From positions 2,418,001 through 2,482,000 of the forward strand of contig OZ176059.1 in the NCBI GenBank assembly GCA_964247055.1: DNA of 64,000 nucleotides, given 5' to 3'. Every line of letters starts with the position of its first letter. Positions within the stretch are counted from its first letter, which is position 1. The DNA is from Paragordius varius. Lineage: Eukaryota; Animalia; Nematomorpha. The position numbers and the translations under genes were made by a program. Below are positions 63,595 through 64,000 of the stretch, piece after piece. Below the pieces are notes generated by a model, which was not told where the DNA came from, did not search any database, and worked only from the letters and a program-made list of their open reading frames with translations.

Positions 63595-64000
63595 GTATAA
63601 TTATATGATATAATTTTATACTGAAGTACGGACAAAACGTAAAAATATAAAGACAGTTATGTTTCTTCAAAAGTTTAAACCTTAACTTTTCTCATATAAA
63701 GCATGTTATTACAATTGTAAAGACTTTGCAATTTTAAACAATAATTTATATTCTAGTAAAGTATAGTTATGTTTTAGAAAAATATTTGTCTTAATATAAA
63801 TATAAACCGAAGTTATACGGACGAATGATATAAAGACTATGTTTTTGCCTTTAAAAGACAACCAAACTCTTTTAAACCTTGATTTTTTCTAAAAAAAAGC
63901 ATTTAATTACGATAGTAAAAATTTGCAATTTTAAACAATAATTTATATTTCGGTAAAGTATGGTTTTGTTTTAGAAATAATATTTGTCTTTATCTTAGTA

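Overview
Very AT-rich eukaryotic (invertebrate-type) genomic DNA. It has spliced genes, many (TA)n tracts and dense non-autonomous DNA transposons; the species cannot be determined from the sequence. Four protein-coding genes were assembled by hand from GT-AG junctions with consistent phases. (1) The first coding exon of ATG13 (minus strand, 193-50), which continues off the left edge. (2) A 10-exon minus-strand gene (27331-7903) for a ~1,690-aa Asn/Ser/Thr-rich protein with short CRACD/KIAA1211 (DUF4592)-like motifs. (3) An 8-9-exon plus-strand gene (34436-44076), absent from the ORF track, for a secreted ~211-aa protein with one antistasin-like Cys module per phase-1/1 exon; most modules have Pro at the usual inhibitory P1 site. 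(4) A plus-strand Sfmbt/MBTD1/L3MBTL2-type four-MBT protein (~45493 to >=63594) with large loop insertions, no detectable FCS finger and a candidate alternative terminal exon inside a fold-back element. Mobile DNA includes a 5'-truncated RTE LINE with a 13-bp TSD and a PHD-like finger, two hAT elements with 8-bp TSDs, a 2.35-kb non-autonomous Helitron with internal tandem repeats, several MITE families, and Penelope/RTE remnants. An unexplained GC-rich, hairpin-rich island lies at ~1660-1810. All homology calls come from recalled family motifs, not database searches.
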